From Azolla caroliniana (Eukaryota > Plantae > Polypodiophyta): a stretch of DNA of 64,000 nucleotides. The notes beneath the pieces were generated by a model, which was given only the letters and a program-made list of their open reading frames with translations, was not told where the DNA came from and searched no databases. Where the stretch lies: the NCBI GenBank assembly GCA_043228905.1, contig JBHGNT010000009.1:15500001-15564000 (forward strand), in the 5' to 3' direction. Below are positions 34,175-48,203 of the stretch, in pieces. How positions within the stretch are numbered: the first letter of the stretch is position 1; each line of letters opens with the position of its first letter. Made by a program: the position numbers and the translations under genes.

Positions 34175-35434
34175 GATCAGATAAACAATTGTATGCATCG
34201 CCTCAACCCAGTACGATTTTGGCAACTTAGCATGCATCAGCATGCTCCTTACTCTTTCCATAACAGTTTGATTCATCCTCTTTGCAAACTCGTTCAACTC
34301 AAGGCTCTTCGGTATTGTGTATTCGATTTGAATACCTTGGGCCTTGCAGTATTCTTCGAACTGCCCTCTATATTCACCATCGTTGTCGGTTCGAACAGCC
34401 TTCAACTTCTAACCCAATTCCACTTGTCGTTTCGAAAGCTACCATTGTAACATTCGTTGTCCATCCTTCTCGTTGATATCAGATTCAATCTTATATTTGG
34501 CACATTTCAAACATCCTTCAGTATTAGTCGATGTTGTCAGACATACATTTCTGACGCCGACTATCTTGCATTCCCCGTTATCTTCCATCTTTACATAGCC
34601 ATGGTCTCCGACTGTGTAAGTCGAGAAACACTCTCTCAAGGGAGTTATATGAAAGGATGCACCCGAGTCGATTACCTAGGTACACTCTTCACTTGCAAGA
34701 TTTGTGCTTGCCTGCGCACAAATGAACAAGATCTCCTCTTCACTTGTAGCTACGGTTGATGTGCCCTTCTCCTCAGAAATCTTTCTGGGTTCGATGTCCT
34801 TTGAGGCACCTTTGTCCTTCTTAAGGTGTCGACAGTTCTTCTGGAAGTGTCCAGGTTTCCTACATTAGAAGCATGTTTGCTTTCCTCTAGACTTGGACTA
34901 GGATTGAGACTTATCTCTTCTTTGTGTACTTCTCTGTATGTTCCTTCCTCTGTCGGTATGTTGAGCCACATTTGACTCCATCTAAGACAGGACACCCTTG
35001 TCCTTCCTTCTTGTCTCCTCATTCAAGATATTTGTCTTCACCACTTGTAGAGACAAGTTTTCTTCTTGACGCGAGGTGCTGAGAGTCACCATCAAATTCT
35101 CCTAGTTGTCTTGCAGGGTACACATCATAGTAGAACCTGCATAGCATCATCCAGGGGAAACTTGACTACTACAAGTTGATTCACTAGCCCCATGAATGTG
35201 TTGATGTGTTCCACTATGCTCTCTTCATCCCTGTACTTCAATCGTACGATCTTTCTCATCAAATATGTCTTGTTCAGGGAATTCTTCCTCTCATACAACC
35301 CTGACAACTTCTACCACATCTCGTAGGTATTTGTGTCATGCACCACATGTTGAAGGACACTGACATCTACGCATTGTCTGATGGTGGCCACTGCCTTCCT
35401 ATTGAGGAGTTTCCATTCAAACTCTAATACCAAT

Positions 35435-37140
35435 TTCCAACGTTGGGGTGACCAAAACCCCTAAGATAGCAACTCTAGTGTTTTCGCAACCCCAAAGTGG
35501 CCGACAAGAGGATCATCGTGGTAGTTTTATAGTATTCGGGTGCAACATGCTCCAGTCGGTACGATATATTAGCCTATCCCAAGTTGTAAAGTGACTAAGA
35601 TCTGAGCTTTGAATTTCTTGGGATGGGTCATTGATGTGCGCCATAATGTCGATGGCGAATGGGTCTAACATGGTTGCTTGGGTGATCTCGTTGAGCAAGG
35701 AATCATCATGCAGCATGTAGGTTACAAACATCTAGAGTTGATCAGGCCGCAACAAACAATGTGATTGTTGAGAATATGCATCGTCACCTGGACGTAGTTC
35801 AAAATCTGGTCACCGAGACAGGGCATCCACTTTCCCATGTTGAACATCGGGTCAAAACAAGATTTTGAAGTCATAGTAGACGAGAAAAGATAACCATTTT
35901 GGGCCTTAGCCAGATAGGGTCGCCATTCGGCGAAGGCAGCGATGATAACTACAAGCTCCTTGTTGTAGACCGGATAATTGATTTTCGGGGCTATAAACTT
36001 CCGGGAGTAGAAGGCGATTGGATGTAGTGTGCCATCGTCATTTGGTTGGGACAAGACCGCGTCAATAGCAAAGTTGGAGGCATCATTTTCAACCTGGAAG
36101 GGTCTTGTAACGTCAGGGTGGACCAACACTGGGGCTGAGAGAAAAGTTGCTTTGAGGGCATCAAAAGCATTATGTGTCGCAAGGGTCCAAAGCAATGGAG
36201 TATCTATTCCAGTAAGTTGGATGAGAAGTTGCACTAGGGAAGAAAACCCGTCAATAAATCGTCGATAGAAATTTGCGAAACCAAGAAATGATTGTACCTC
36301 GTTCAACCGAATCGGGAGAGACCAATCGGTGATTGCCTCTACCTTGCGCTTGTCAATTGTGATCCTGGTGGGTGAGATCACGTAAACCAAGAATTCGACA
36401 AAGGTCTGATTGAATTCACATTTCTCACTTTTGGCGTAAAGCCCATATTCCCAAAGTTTGGTTAGAACCAACCGGGCATGTGTGGGCTCCTTGAAGTTGG
36501 AAGAAAAAACTAGGATGCCGTCAAGGTAGATTACCACGAAGAGATCAAGATGCTCTCGAAATATACCGTTCATCATGTGTTGGAAGACTATCAGGGTGTT
36601 GGTGAGACCGAATGGCATCACCTTGTACTCGAAATGCCCATAGCGCGTCCGAAAGGTTGTTTTCCACTCATCCCAAGGCCTGATGCGCACCAAATTGTAG
36701 GCTCCCCGAAGTCGATTTTGGAGAAGATACGCCATGTTCAGAGTCAATCGAGGAGCGTTGGAATTAAGGGCAAGGGATAACGATTACGCACCATAACTTT
36801 GTTGAGACCCCAATAATCCACACATAGGCATAATGAGTCGTCCTTCTTCTTGACAAATAAGATTGGGGCCCCGGCCTATGATTTGGAGGGTTGAATGAAG
36901 CCCTTCGTGAGGTTGTCATCTAGATATGTAAGGAGAGCCTCAAGTTCGGGTTCGGATATCCCATAAATAGGACCAAATGGTCAATGCTCGCTAACTTGGA
37001 GTTCGATTGGGCAATCGTAGGGGTGATGAGCCAGTAACCAATCTGCATTTCTCTTCTCAAATATGTCCAAAAAGTCGCTATACCGTGCGAGCAAATTGTT
37101 GATAGGAACGGAGACGTTCATGTACATAGTGACATCGACT
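35435..37140 (-). pseudogene. Tcn1-like chromovirus RT, RNase H and integrase N-terminus
   Basis: [57 protein letters not shown] and FYSRK motifs. Confidence 0.88.
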
Positions 37141-38229
37141 AATGTAAGATCTTCTCTTTGTCATAGGTTTGTGTTATAAATAGGGTTTAGGGTTTAGGGT
37201 TTAACGTTTGGGTGTCAACACTAATCAATACAATATCAAATTGAGTTTTGATTGTAGCTCATGAATTCTTGTATCAATAATGGCTATTATATTAGTACAT
37301 GCTCCCAATGCACTGATGCAAGTGATTTGATCTTGTGAAATGCCTGAAAATTGCATCAATTTCAAACAATCTAGACCTCAACAAGTTTGGGCCTGAGCAA
37401 TTCCCAAACCAGTTTAGGAATCGGTTTGGTTCAAGCTTGGAAACTCCTAAACCATTTACACCGACCAAACTATTGTTGGTTCCTAGATATGGATCATAGT
37501 TACAAATTACAATATTCAAGTCGTGACAAGAGCAAAAAAAGATCTCTATACATCATGTAGGAACATTAAACTGGAGATTGGGGATTTCCATATTGATCTC
37601 CATATTGTCAAAACTATCACATCCAAAGCATTGCACCTAGTATCATGTTACTACAGTAACACCTGTTAGCTACTAAACCATAGATGCACACTAAAATCAC
37701 CATCTACATTTAATTTAACACATTTTGCGTTCCAACCTATTGGAAATCAGAGCCCATCTTTATGCATAAGAGTCAATAAGTGCCTACCTTTATTTCAATT
37801 TTTGAGGAAATCGTAAGTGTCCACCTTTAAAAATGGCCAAAGACTACCAACTACTAACACAAATCTTTACTGACGTATATGTGAACAATAGGCAAGCCTA
37901 GCAACACATTCCCATCACTGTCCCATAACGTTAAAACTTCAATACCATCAGAATGACAGTTACTTAACATGGATTCCTTGTACAATTTCAACCACAATTC
38001 CATACAAATCTTATCTCATGCTTTAGTTATCTCCATGTGTACAAAGTTTGAACTCTTTATTCTGTTGGCAGTTTTAAGTTTTAAGTATATCTGTTAGATG
38101 AGCAGTCATACAGGCCACAAGATAAGAAAAAGGACGAAATTCTTGTTTAAGCATGAGAACATATTGAAAATTTACAATATATACAAATTTTGTAGTAGCA
38201 CTTTCCATAAGAAGTTTTCAGCAAGGGAA

Positions 38230-41200
38230 TCACGTCAGTAGATTCTCAAATCCAGGAAAAACTGTGGTGTATCCTCGATTCAGTTCTTCCACTGAACGAG
38301 ACAAAGAGTGATGCTCTTCTTTAACCGCCCTCTCAGAAAACCCTTCTAAGGAGTCGTTATTGGAGTCAGATTCCAACAGATCAATTAAAACATTGCACGT
38401 TTCATTTGTATTGGACTTCTCTAGATCAATCAAGGCTCTCTCTGCTTCAAATGCAGTCTCAACGCTGAACCAGTGAACATCACCAGAATTGTGATTTAGC
38501 ACTTCAGGAGATACACCCAATTCAGCTTCAGCCAGAAGGGATTTGTGTAGTAGCAAGTTGACAATATCATTGCTATCAATGTCAATCATCAATCTGCTGC
38601 TTGTAGATTCAAAAGACAAATCAGCAATAGCATCACAATTTACCATCCTATCATCAATAAGGTTATGTACTTTAACTAGAAATTCCATGTTTCCACAACT
38701 TCCTGTATCAGCATCGAAGTCATCACTGCTTTGTGTATTCTTTAGACTCTTCTCGCACTGATTGGTCTCTTTTGTACAGTTGTCAATAACATCCTGAAAA
38801 ACGTGTTCATCTCCAATGTTGCTTAATGAGTGTTCTCCAAGAAGGTAGGGAATGATGGTAGATTCCTCAATTGCAGATCCAGGCTGAGAACTAGATATCC
38901 GAGAAACGGAACAAGAATGTGAGGTACCTATTATAAATGGGGTTCTATCTGGTTCAAATTCAGCCGGACAAGAGAACTGTCTCTGGCAGATCAAAACATT
39001 CTTATCATTGCAAATGTTCATATCGCTTGTTTCTTCACATGAAGCATTGAGTTGAATACAGCTTGACATGTCATCAATATCATTGACAAGCCAGTGTAGA
39101 TCATTTGGATCTGTATCTCCAGATGGTATGATTTCACTATCTTTTCCACTTTCAATAGCATAATCATCAATAGTTTCAATATCTACAGAACTCTGATTAA
39201 GCAAAGAGGGGCCATTTTTCACTTGACTGCTGCAAAACTGGATATCTCCTACACTGCTACAGCCCACAGAGCCAAATGCTCGTAATTTATTATAGGTGTG
39301 CAGAGAGATGTCACCACTTAATGAGCTGAAAACTAAATTTCCAGCTCTATATTCCAATTTACTATCTGTCCTTTCTTGTCTCATATGTTTATTGGAAACC
39401 TGAGTTTCGGTAAGACCATAGACAGAGTCATTCAATGATCCTCCAGATCTGGAACCAGAATCTATGAGCTTGTAATTTTTCAAAGGTTGTTTCCATTCGA
39501 CTTCATCATATATATTACTTTCATTCTCAGAAGACTGCTTCAATTGCACCAAATCAAAAGAACATTGACAGCTCGAATCATAATCAGACTTCGCCTCCAA
39601 GTCTATATCATATTCCTCAGATTCAACCTCAATCGTACAGTTCACATTAGCATGATCAATGTTTTCAATTTCAGAATGTTTTATCCTTGATTCATCTGTA
39701 CCATCGGACTGTCCCTCATTACTTATGCACGTCAGGTTGTTCGAATCCTCGTCATCTCGACTGTAACATGAAGTAAATGCTGTCAGTGCTGTCAGCCAAG
39801 CATCATCCAAGGATCCATAAAGTTTTTTAGTTGGCACACTAGTTGAATAAGAAGCAGCCTCCTTTGCAGAGTCATCTGAAGCTGAGGATAAATTTGATCC
39901 TTTACCCTTTTCTATGGTCTCAGCAAAAGTAAACAAACCATCATCCTTAAACCCATCTCCAGGAAATATATCTGACCTGACAGTAGAAGAAGGGCATGAT
40001 TCTGCCGCTTGTCTGGCCAATAGTGTTTGCTCATGATATCCATCAGTGGTAGATGTATTTGCAAAAGGGTCTCCATGTCTTTCTGCTGAAACTGATGCAG
40101 AGGCATGTCCAGCTAATGGAACTGAACCCGTATCCTTATATTCAGGCAACACTACCGACTCGACGTTTAAATTAGGGCATGGTTCTTCACCCGGACTTTT
40201 GTGTGCTATTTTCTGATGATAGGTGCCAAATTGTACATCTGGAGACGACTCTCCATGCCTTTCTCCAGAAAGAGATAAATCGAATGAAGATGTCCTCTTG
40301 AATGCCTCCCCCTGCCTTGCTTCTAAGAGAGTAATTCTCTGATCTATTTTCTCAAAAGCACTCTGTAAATATGACTCCATGCGCAAACATAATGTCTCCA
40401 GTCTATCAAAACGTTTAGAAAAAGTCTCCAAAGTAAGCAACATGTTTCTGGACAAGGATTCATCCACACAATCACTTGAATATGATTGATGGTGATGCTT
40501 GTCCACAGCATGAACACTGGATTGTGAAGGTTCACATGCATTCCTTAATTTTGTCTCCTCTACTTTGCTTTGGCATAATTCCTTATTTTGTGCTTCAGCA
40601 GCATAACTTTCAATATCTAATTGTGGGCCTGCCTGTCCTATTTCATCCTTACAAGAAGAATCCACTGATTTTTCCAACATATTCACCCCCTGCTCCGGTA
40701 GCTGATTGCTTGCACCAGATTTTAAGGGATCCACAGAAAATCTGGCTTTTGAAACTCTCTGGGCCATTTGAAGCATGCTTGGAAGGAACATTGCCAGCAT
40801 TTCAGAATTTGGCCCTTTTCCTGCTGACTGAGTTGAAGCAACAATTTTGGGAATTTCAGGACCTGAAACAGCAAGGATTACAACCTGATCAACTTCAACC
40901 TGTGACCTATCTTGCAGGGATAGAAGACGAATTGTTATAGTCTCCCATGCACTTTGCTCAACAAGTTCTAGCTCCGCTTCATACATTTGTTGTTTACTGC
41001 TCAGACTTATGTTCCATTCCACACATGGTGAATGATTTTCTCCAATTTTCTTCAAGTCTACAGGGTTTATACTGCAATATAATTCATGATTATCTGTACC
41101 ATTATGGATAGAAGATGTTTCAGCCTCAAATTTGGTCTCGCTATTCAAAGATCCATTGATTTTAAGCTCTAGCCAACTATCTTCACCACTGCTAGAGCCC

Positions 41201-41468
41201 AATCTTTCCAAGTCATCTTCTACGTTTACACAGTTATCGATTCCTGTTTTTTCATTTGAAGACCATGCTTTGTTGTCTTCATGTATGTACACTTGACTTT
41301 CAGTTTCTGAGCTCTGAAAAGCTTCTGCATCTTCAGGGAGCCAGCCTTTAACAGTACAGATATATTCTGAATCTGTTTCCACACTGGCTTGACTATAAAG
41401 TTCACAGATTCTGGCTGTACTCAGGATATAGAAGTTTTGAACATGGCACAATCTTCTCTGAAATTTAA
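38230..41468 (-). CDS. host gene exon 2; plant uncharacterised protein resembling Arabidopsis At5g47940
   Basis: Long uninterrupted non-TE ORF; acceptor tatgcAG at 41470-41469 in phase 1; FYILSTARICELY...EYICTV resembles the family motif as recalled; central coiled-coil-like segment. Confidence 0.85.
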
Positions 41469-41678
41469 CTGCATATAAAAGCTTGTACAAATAAGTAAAT
41501 GCAATTCCAAAAGAAAAAATCGGTACTCATATCATCAAATCATGGAAGCATAATGCTAAATTATTTCATCTCCTTGACTAGAAAATTACCAAGGTTGCCT
41601 GACCAATACCCAAGCTCATATGTGCACATCCTTACTCACAATACTACGCAAATAGTTTAGGTAGTTTACTAGTGCTAA

Positions 41679-44600
41679 TGTTGACATATTTTGGTAGTGA
41701 TGTGTGTGAACACACTTAGGACAGTGATGTGTGAACACACTTAGGATAGTGATGTGTGTGAACACATTTAGGACAATAATGTGTGAACACACTTAGGACA
41801 ATGACGTGTGTGAACACACTTAGGACTACAGGGGCATTTTTTCCCTCTTTAGGAGGTTTTGTCCCTCTATCTAAAAATACTCTTACAACCCTAAAGTGGT
41901 GTAGGTTTTTGGGATTCAAATCAAGAACCCAACAGTGGTATCAGAGCTACAAAGCAACATTTGAGCAACACCACAATGGCTCTCATATGCAGTCCGTCTG
42001 TGCCATCTGTGGTGGCGTTTTTCTGCTGTTGAAAAAACAAATTTCTGCGTGTTTTCTTTCTCTGCGCAGTTTCAGTTGTGTTTTTTTTTCTGCTTCCAAG
42101 TCGATTCAATCCTAGAAAAAGCCTCCTTCAGTCTTCCAAGACATTCCTACAACCCTCAGAAATCATATTTGCTTCCCTTTTCTCTTCGCTTGTTCATCTT
42201 TCAAGTCAAAGAGGTACATTATTCCCTTTTATTCATTCAGCAGTTCAGTTTTTTACATCAAAACGTGTTCAGTCCACGGCCATGGCCGAGAACAATGATG
42301 TATTTCAAATGCTTGTTGTTGAGGATAAACTGGATAGAACAAATTACCCTCTTTGGGCTTATATGATGCGCCATGCATTAGTAGCAAAGGGGTTGTGGAA
42401 TGTGGTTCAAGGGGCTGCAAAAATGTCCTGTTGTTGAGAACACAAATGCTGATGGTACTAATTTTGTTGAGGATGTTGATCATCTTGCTCTTGCTCATGC
42501 CCATGCTATAGTTACTATTCTACCAACTACAGAGCAACTTCGTTGGGATGGCAGAGATGCTCAAGCACATGCTTTGATAGCTTTGTCAATGAAACATGCC
42601 ATTATTCCCCATATTCACTCTTGTAAGACAACAAAGGATGCTTGGGATACTCTTACCACTTTGTACCAAGCAAGAAATGAGGCTCGTGTTGCTTATCTCT
42701 GAAAACAATTGGAGAGCGAGCACATGAATGAAGGTGATTCTATGGACAGTTTTCTTACAAAAATCAAAGATTTAAAGGAACAATTAATTTCTGCTGATGA
42801 AATGATATCAGATAGTTCACTTGTGCAGACTGTTCTAAATGGTCTTCCTGATTCATACCAGAGTTTTGCTACTACTCTTCGTTTAATGATGAAAGGCAAT
42901 CCCAATGCCTTATCATTCGAGGAGCTAGTCTTTGTTTTGTTACAGGAAGATCAGTCTAGGCAAAACAGGTCTACTATGCGTGTTGCAGATCAAGCTTTCC
43001 TAGCTAGTTAGAAGGGCAAAAGTAAATGGAACTCTTCTGCTAGCAAGCAAAGATTTGCTAATAATTCACAAGTGAATGAAAAAAAACAAGAGCAGAAAAA
43101 AAAACTATTTTGCAAATATTGTAAAGGAATTAATCATATTATAAAGAACTGTCCAAAATGGTTGCAAAAGAGGCAAAGAAAAAGGAGGCAGGACTCGTTG
43201 TTGCAAAAGTTTCTGCACCAAAAACAGCATCTGCAAATCTTGTGCAGAATGAAGAATGTGCATTTACTACTGTTTGTAGTTTTGACCCATCTTCACTTGA
43301 CCAATGTATGTTTGTTGTACAAGCAGATGTTTGGTACTTCGACAGTGGGGCAACCAAACATATTACCTTGCAGCGCAATTTCTTCACTTCATTGGAGCCT
43401 GCCCCTACAGGGAATACTGTCACATGCGCCAACAACTCATCTTATCCAATTATGGGTGTTGGTAAGATCATTTTGACTACTGTTGATGGTAGTCCTTTCA
43501 TCTTGTCAGATGCTTTGTTTGTACCAAGGTTCAAGAAAAATCTGTTGTCAATTTCATCATTAGCCAAGGTTGGCTTGGTTGTTAAATTTGTTGATGACAA
43601 GTGTACAGTTCATGATCTGTCCAATGGGGATGCTATTATTGCTTCTGGCATTTTATGTCGTGGGCTGTATAAGCTCATAGATTATGAAAGATCTATAAAT
43701 GATTCAGCCTGTGCAATACAAGATTCTCAGGCTATTGCAAAAATCTGAAATGGTGTCCTCCTTGCCCAAACTTGAGGCACCTCGGAAGCATGTTTGTGAA
43801 GGCTGCATTTTAGGCAAAATGCACCATTCATCCTTTCCAAAAGATGGTTCAATTCAAGCTACGCAGAAATTGCAACTTGTTCATAGCGATGTCTGTGGTC
43901 CTATGTAGACACATTCTCTTGGGAACTATCTTTATTTTGTGACTTTCATTGATGACTTTTCTAGGCATGCATGGGTATATCCATTGAAGGCAAAGTCCAA
44001 AGTGTTTCTGTGCTTCAAACAATTCCTAGTTTTGGCTGAGAATTTGTCATCATGTAAAATGGGCACCCTCCGTTCTGATCGAGGGGGGGAGTATATGTCT
44101 TCTGAGTTTAATGCATTTTTGGCTGAACGTGGGATAAAACATCAGTGTACAGTGTCGTATACACCTCAACAAAATGGAGTTGTTGAAAGAAAGAACAGGT
44201 CACTCATGGAAATGGCGAGGTGTATGGTCAAAAGTCAAGCCTTACCACATAGTTTCTGGCTTGAGGCTGTCATGTGTGCAGCATATGTACTTAACAGGTG
44301 TCCCACTAAACCACTCCACTCTATCACTCCATATGAAGCTTGGCATGGCCAAAAGCCATCTGTTGCTCATCTACGTGTTTTTGGTTGTTTGGCATATGCA
44401 TTAGTGCCTAAACAACAACGCAAAAAATTGGATGATAAAGCAGTGAAATGTATTTTTGTAGGATATAGTTCTGAAAGTAAAGGCTATCGTCTATATCATC
44501 CACAATCTAAACGCATTTTGGTTAGCCGTGATGTTATTTTTGTGGAGGATGCAATTCAGCCACTTCTTTCATGTACAAAGGAGACATCAATTAGCTCCAA

Positions 44601-46770
44601 AGATGTGTATGACACTTTGCTGCCTCTGTTTACAAGTGGACAATTAAGTGTTGACCCACTTGAGGCACCTTCTCAGCCTTTGGAAGCTACTCATAATGAT
44701 GCAGATCATTCCATTTCTGATGCAGATCATTCTATTTCTGATGCAGACTTACATGATGCACTTATTAATGAGAGGGCTGACATAGAGGAGGCAAAGACTG
44801 TGCCTAGATGGCTGTTGCAGACTTTGCAAGACAGTAAATTGGATTTTCCTTTGCCATACCTTACTCGTTCAAGTTATCATAGTGCTTCTTTTGCATCAGA
44901 TTGTTATGCAATGGCTGCCTCTAGTCTTTGCAATGAGAGTGAGGCTGTTTCTTTTGATGAAGCACAAAATTCAGAAAATTGGATGGCTGCTATGCAATCA
45001 GAATATGAGGCTATTATGAAGACTGGTACATGGTCTTTATGTGACTTGCCTCCTAGCAAGAAGGCTATTGGCACTAAGTGGGTATATAAGCTAAAGCGTA
45101 AACCTGATGGAACAATTGACAGGTACAAGGCTAGGCTTGTTGCAAACGTTTATGCCCAAGAAAAAGGCATTGGTTTTGATGAGACCTTTGCTTCCACCTG
45201 CCATATGACTATTGTTCATAGCATCTGTGCAATTGCAGTTCATCGTGGTTGGAATGTACATCAGTTGGACATTAAAACAGCATTTTTAAATGGTGATCTT
45301 CATGAGGAAGTGTATGTATCCCAGCCCCATGGTTTTGTGCAAAAAGGGCATTAACACAAAGTGTGCAAGTTGCGAAAGGCATTATATGGCTTGAAGCAAG
45401 CACCACGTTCTTGGTATGAAAAGATAAATGCCTATTTGATTGCATTTGGGTTTGAGAATAGTCCAACTGAAAGCACCTTATATGGTAAGCGTGCTGATGA
45501 TGTATTTCTGATCATGGTTGTGTATGTCGATGATATGTTTCTCACTGGTCCCAATGAGAAGCATATTGCTGACTTTAAGGCTGATTTGCATGCCTCCTTT
45601 GAGATGTCAGATTTGGGGCATTTGCATCATTATTTGGGCATTCAATTCATGCAAGTTGATGGTAGAATAGCTTTGTGTCAATCGAAATACATTGACACAT
45701 TATTACAGCGTTTTGGCCTTGAAGACTGTAAACCTATTGCCACTCCCATGGAGACAGGTTTACATTTGAGCCTTCATGATGCTGGAGATGCATTTGATGC
45801 TGTTCTCTATCAGCAGGCAATTGGATGCTTGATTTACTTATGCATAACCCAACCTGACATTCAGTTTGTTGTCTCTCAGATGAGCAGGTTTATGCATTGC
45901 CCAAGAGTTAAGCACATCTTTCGCTACTTGAGTGGTACCCAGTCACTTGGGTTGTTTTATCCCAAGGGGGGATCACTACCGCCAGATCTGCATGCTTTTT
46001 CTGACTCTGATTGGGCTGGTTGTTATGACACTCGTGTGTCCACAAGTGGTTTTTGCTTCATGCTTGGTAGCTCATGCATATCTTGGTTGAGCAAGAAGCA
46101 GCCTATTGTGGCCACTTCTAGTTGTGAGGCTGAGTATAGGGCAGCTTTCACAGCTACAGTTGAGTGTGTGTGGCTCAGACACCTTTTAGCTGATTTGGGT
46201 GTTGGTCAATCTTCTGCCACCACCATCTTCACTGACAGTCAAAGCGCAATGGCAATCGCGAGGAACCCTGTGTTCCATGCTCGCACTAAGCACATTGGGG
46301 TGCATTATCACTATGTCAAGGAAAGGTTCTCCGCTGGAGAGATCAGTTTGTCTTATGTGCCCACACAGGAGAACATTGCAGACCTCTTCACAAAGGCTCT
46401 GCCTAGGGAGAAGTTTGAAGCTTTCCGCAAAGCTTTAGGCCTAATCCCATTTGTGGATTCATCTCTATCCACATAGCTTGGCACTTGTTTAACCATGAGT
46501 GTCAGCTCCTTGTTCACTACATCACTCCCAAGGGGGATTTGTTGACATATTTTGGTAGTGATGTGTGTGAACACACTTAGGACAGTGATGTGTGTGAACA
46601 CATTTAGGACAGTAATGTGTGAACACACTTACGACAATGATGTGTGTGAACACACTTAGGACTACAGGGGCATTTTTTCCCTCTTTAGGAGGTTTTGTCC
46701 CTCTGTCTAAAACTACTCTTACAACCCTAAAGTGGTGTAGGTTTTTGGGATTCAAAGCAAGAACCCAACA
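41679..46770 (+). mobile_element. full-length degenerate Copia (Ale-like size) in the host intron, antisense to the gene
   Basis: LTRs 41679-41934 and 46540-46770; TSD GCTAA; PBS tggtatcagagc at 41936-41947; PPT agggggat; gag-PR-INT-RT-RH with stops and frameshifts. Confidence 0.95.
41697..41827. repeat. 25-27 bp tandem repeat in the LTR: 5 copies here, 4 in the 3' LTR
   Basis: Unit gtgatgtgtgtgaacacacttaggaca with an internal GTGTG/CACAC dyad. Confidence 0.9.
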
Positions 46771-46999
46771 GCTAACAATACAGGGAGAAGCCAGAAAGTG
46801 CACCATCTCCAACATCAAAAGATTTAAGAGTATGCCTCCTGTTGGCAAAACATATTGCTCTATCCACGGCCGATTGGATATTTCTCTCAACCATATCCTG
46901 AAAGGATGTTGTGAGACTAGACAAACCAGGTGCAGGTGAGTGACAAGGAGGGAAAGAGAGAACACTCAACCTAAGAGAAGCAGAGAGATCTCATAGGTT

Positions 47000-47345
47000 T
47001 CAATCTAGGGTTTTGGGGTTTGCGTACATCATTTTATTAAAGTTGGCATGCCTATTGAGATAATGTGTGAAAGAGCCTTTTGCAACTAGATGTGCCTTAT
47101 GCTTATCCAAAGTACCATCAACGTGGTACTTGGTCTTGAAAATCCATTTCAATCCAATGACTTGCCTATGTTGAGGTTGAGGGACCAGCTCCCATGTATG
47201 ATTCCGCTCAATGAAATTAAGTTCAACTTCCATTGTTGCTTTCCACTTCGGAAGAACAAGGGCCTCTTTTGCTGTTGTGGGTTCTTGTGATTGCACAACA
47301 GTGCACAATAAGGCAAAGTTGCATGAGTGAAGAGGCCGTTGTGAC
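47000..47345 (-). pseudogene. Copia RT N-terminal fragment
   Basis: EPTTAKEAL...WELVP...IGLKWIFKTK...KAHLVAKG. Confidence 0.8.
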
Positions 47346-47394
47346 CTATGTGTTCTTTTAATGTCGGTCAGAGAACCAGATGTATACTCATGAA

Positions 47395-48200
47395 GTTCAG
47401 CATCGGAGAAGTGGGAATCAAGTCAAAAGTAAGAAGATAGTTTTGAGCTTGTCATCAAAAGCTGGTAATCCTGAATCTTGTAGTTGGGAGAGAGTACTTG
47501 TGAATAACGATAGATGCTCTGTTGCACCTTTCGACTCATCAAGCCTCATACTGACAAGTTTTCTCATCAAATGCACCTGATTCACAAGAGTAGTATTCTC
47601 GTAAGTTGTCTTAAGTTTCTCCCAGACTTGACGGGCAGTAATCAAGCCCTTTATATCTACAAGAATCTCATCAGAAACAGCCATTTTAATATATGTAATG
47701 GCTTTCTTATTCAAAGTGTTCTAAGCATCCTTTTCCATGCTCTCTGGTTTCTTTTCCACAAGAGCATCTTCACAATCTCTCAGAAAGAGGATCCTAGCAT
47801 ACGTTCTTTCCACAATTCGAAACCTTTTGCATCAAAACTCTTGATTTCGAAGAGATTTTTTACTTCAGCTGAAGTGGAGGCCATTGCTCCCAAGATTTAT
47901 GGCAGATTTCTTCAAAATTTGAGGAGAATACAGATAGGGAAGGGTCTGAATGGATTGAAACGAAAACTGAAGAGTTTTATGCTGATTCTGAATCCCAAAA
48001 AAAAACAGCACCAAAGCAGAGGAAAGAAATTTGGCTCTGATACCAGTTAAAGGTAAAGAGGGATGTTTGAGGGTGCAGTATTGAGGGATGATGTTCAAAC
48101 AGGACTGTAGTAGAGATGAGAGTAGAGACACACAAGTTTTTGGTGAACATTCTGTCTACCCCTACTTCTGCTGAGTTCACTTTCTGTGACTAGGGGCTTA
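47395..48200 (-). mobile_element. Copia 5' fragment: partial LTR, PBS (48045-48034), gag
   Basis: tggtatcagagc on the minus strand; gag-like ORF 47418-47714. Confidence 0.75.
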
Positions 48201-48203
48201 TGC

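Larger units (their letters stand above)
28790..35430 (-). mobile_element. Copia family B copy 2 (gag-INT), split by copy A4 into 28790-29271 and 34175-35430
   Basis: Integrase sequence is continuous across the GATCA TSD; gag fragments at 34750-35430. Confidence 0.8.

Noticed and set aside
41469-41490. ORF-track start of the 1086-aa ORF
   Set aside because: A TTG start within the intron end; the spliced model with exon 1 fits better
41697-41827. Palindromic direct repeats resembling a CRISPR array
   Set aside because: No unique spacers, no cas genes, and located within Copia LTRs
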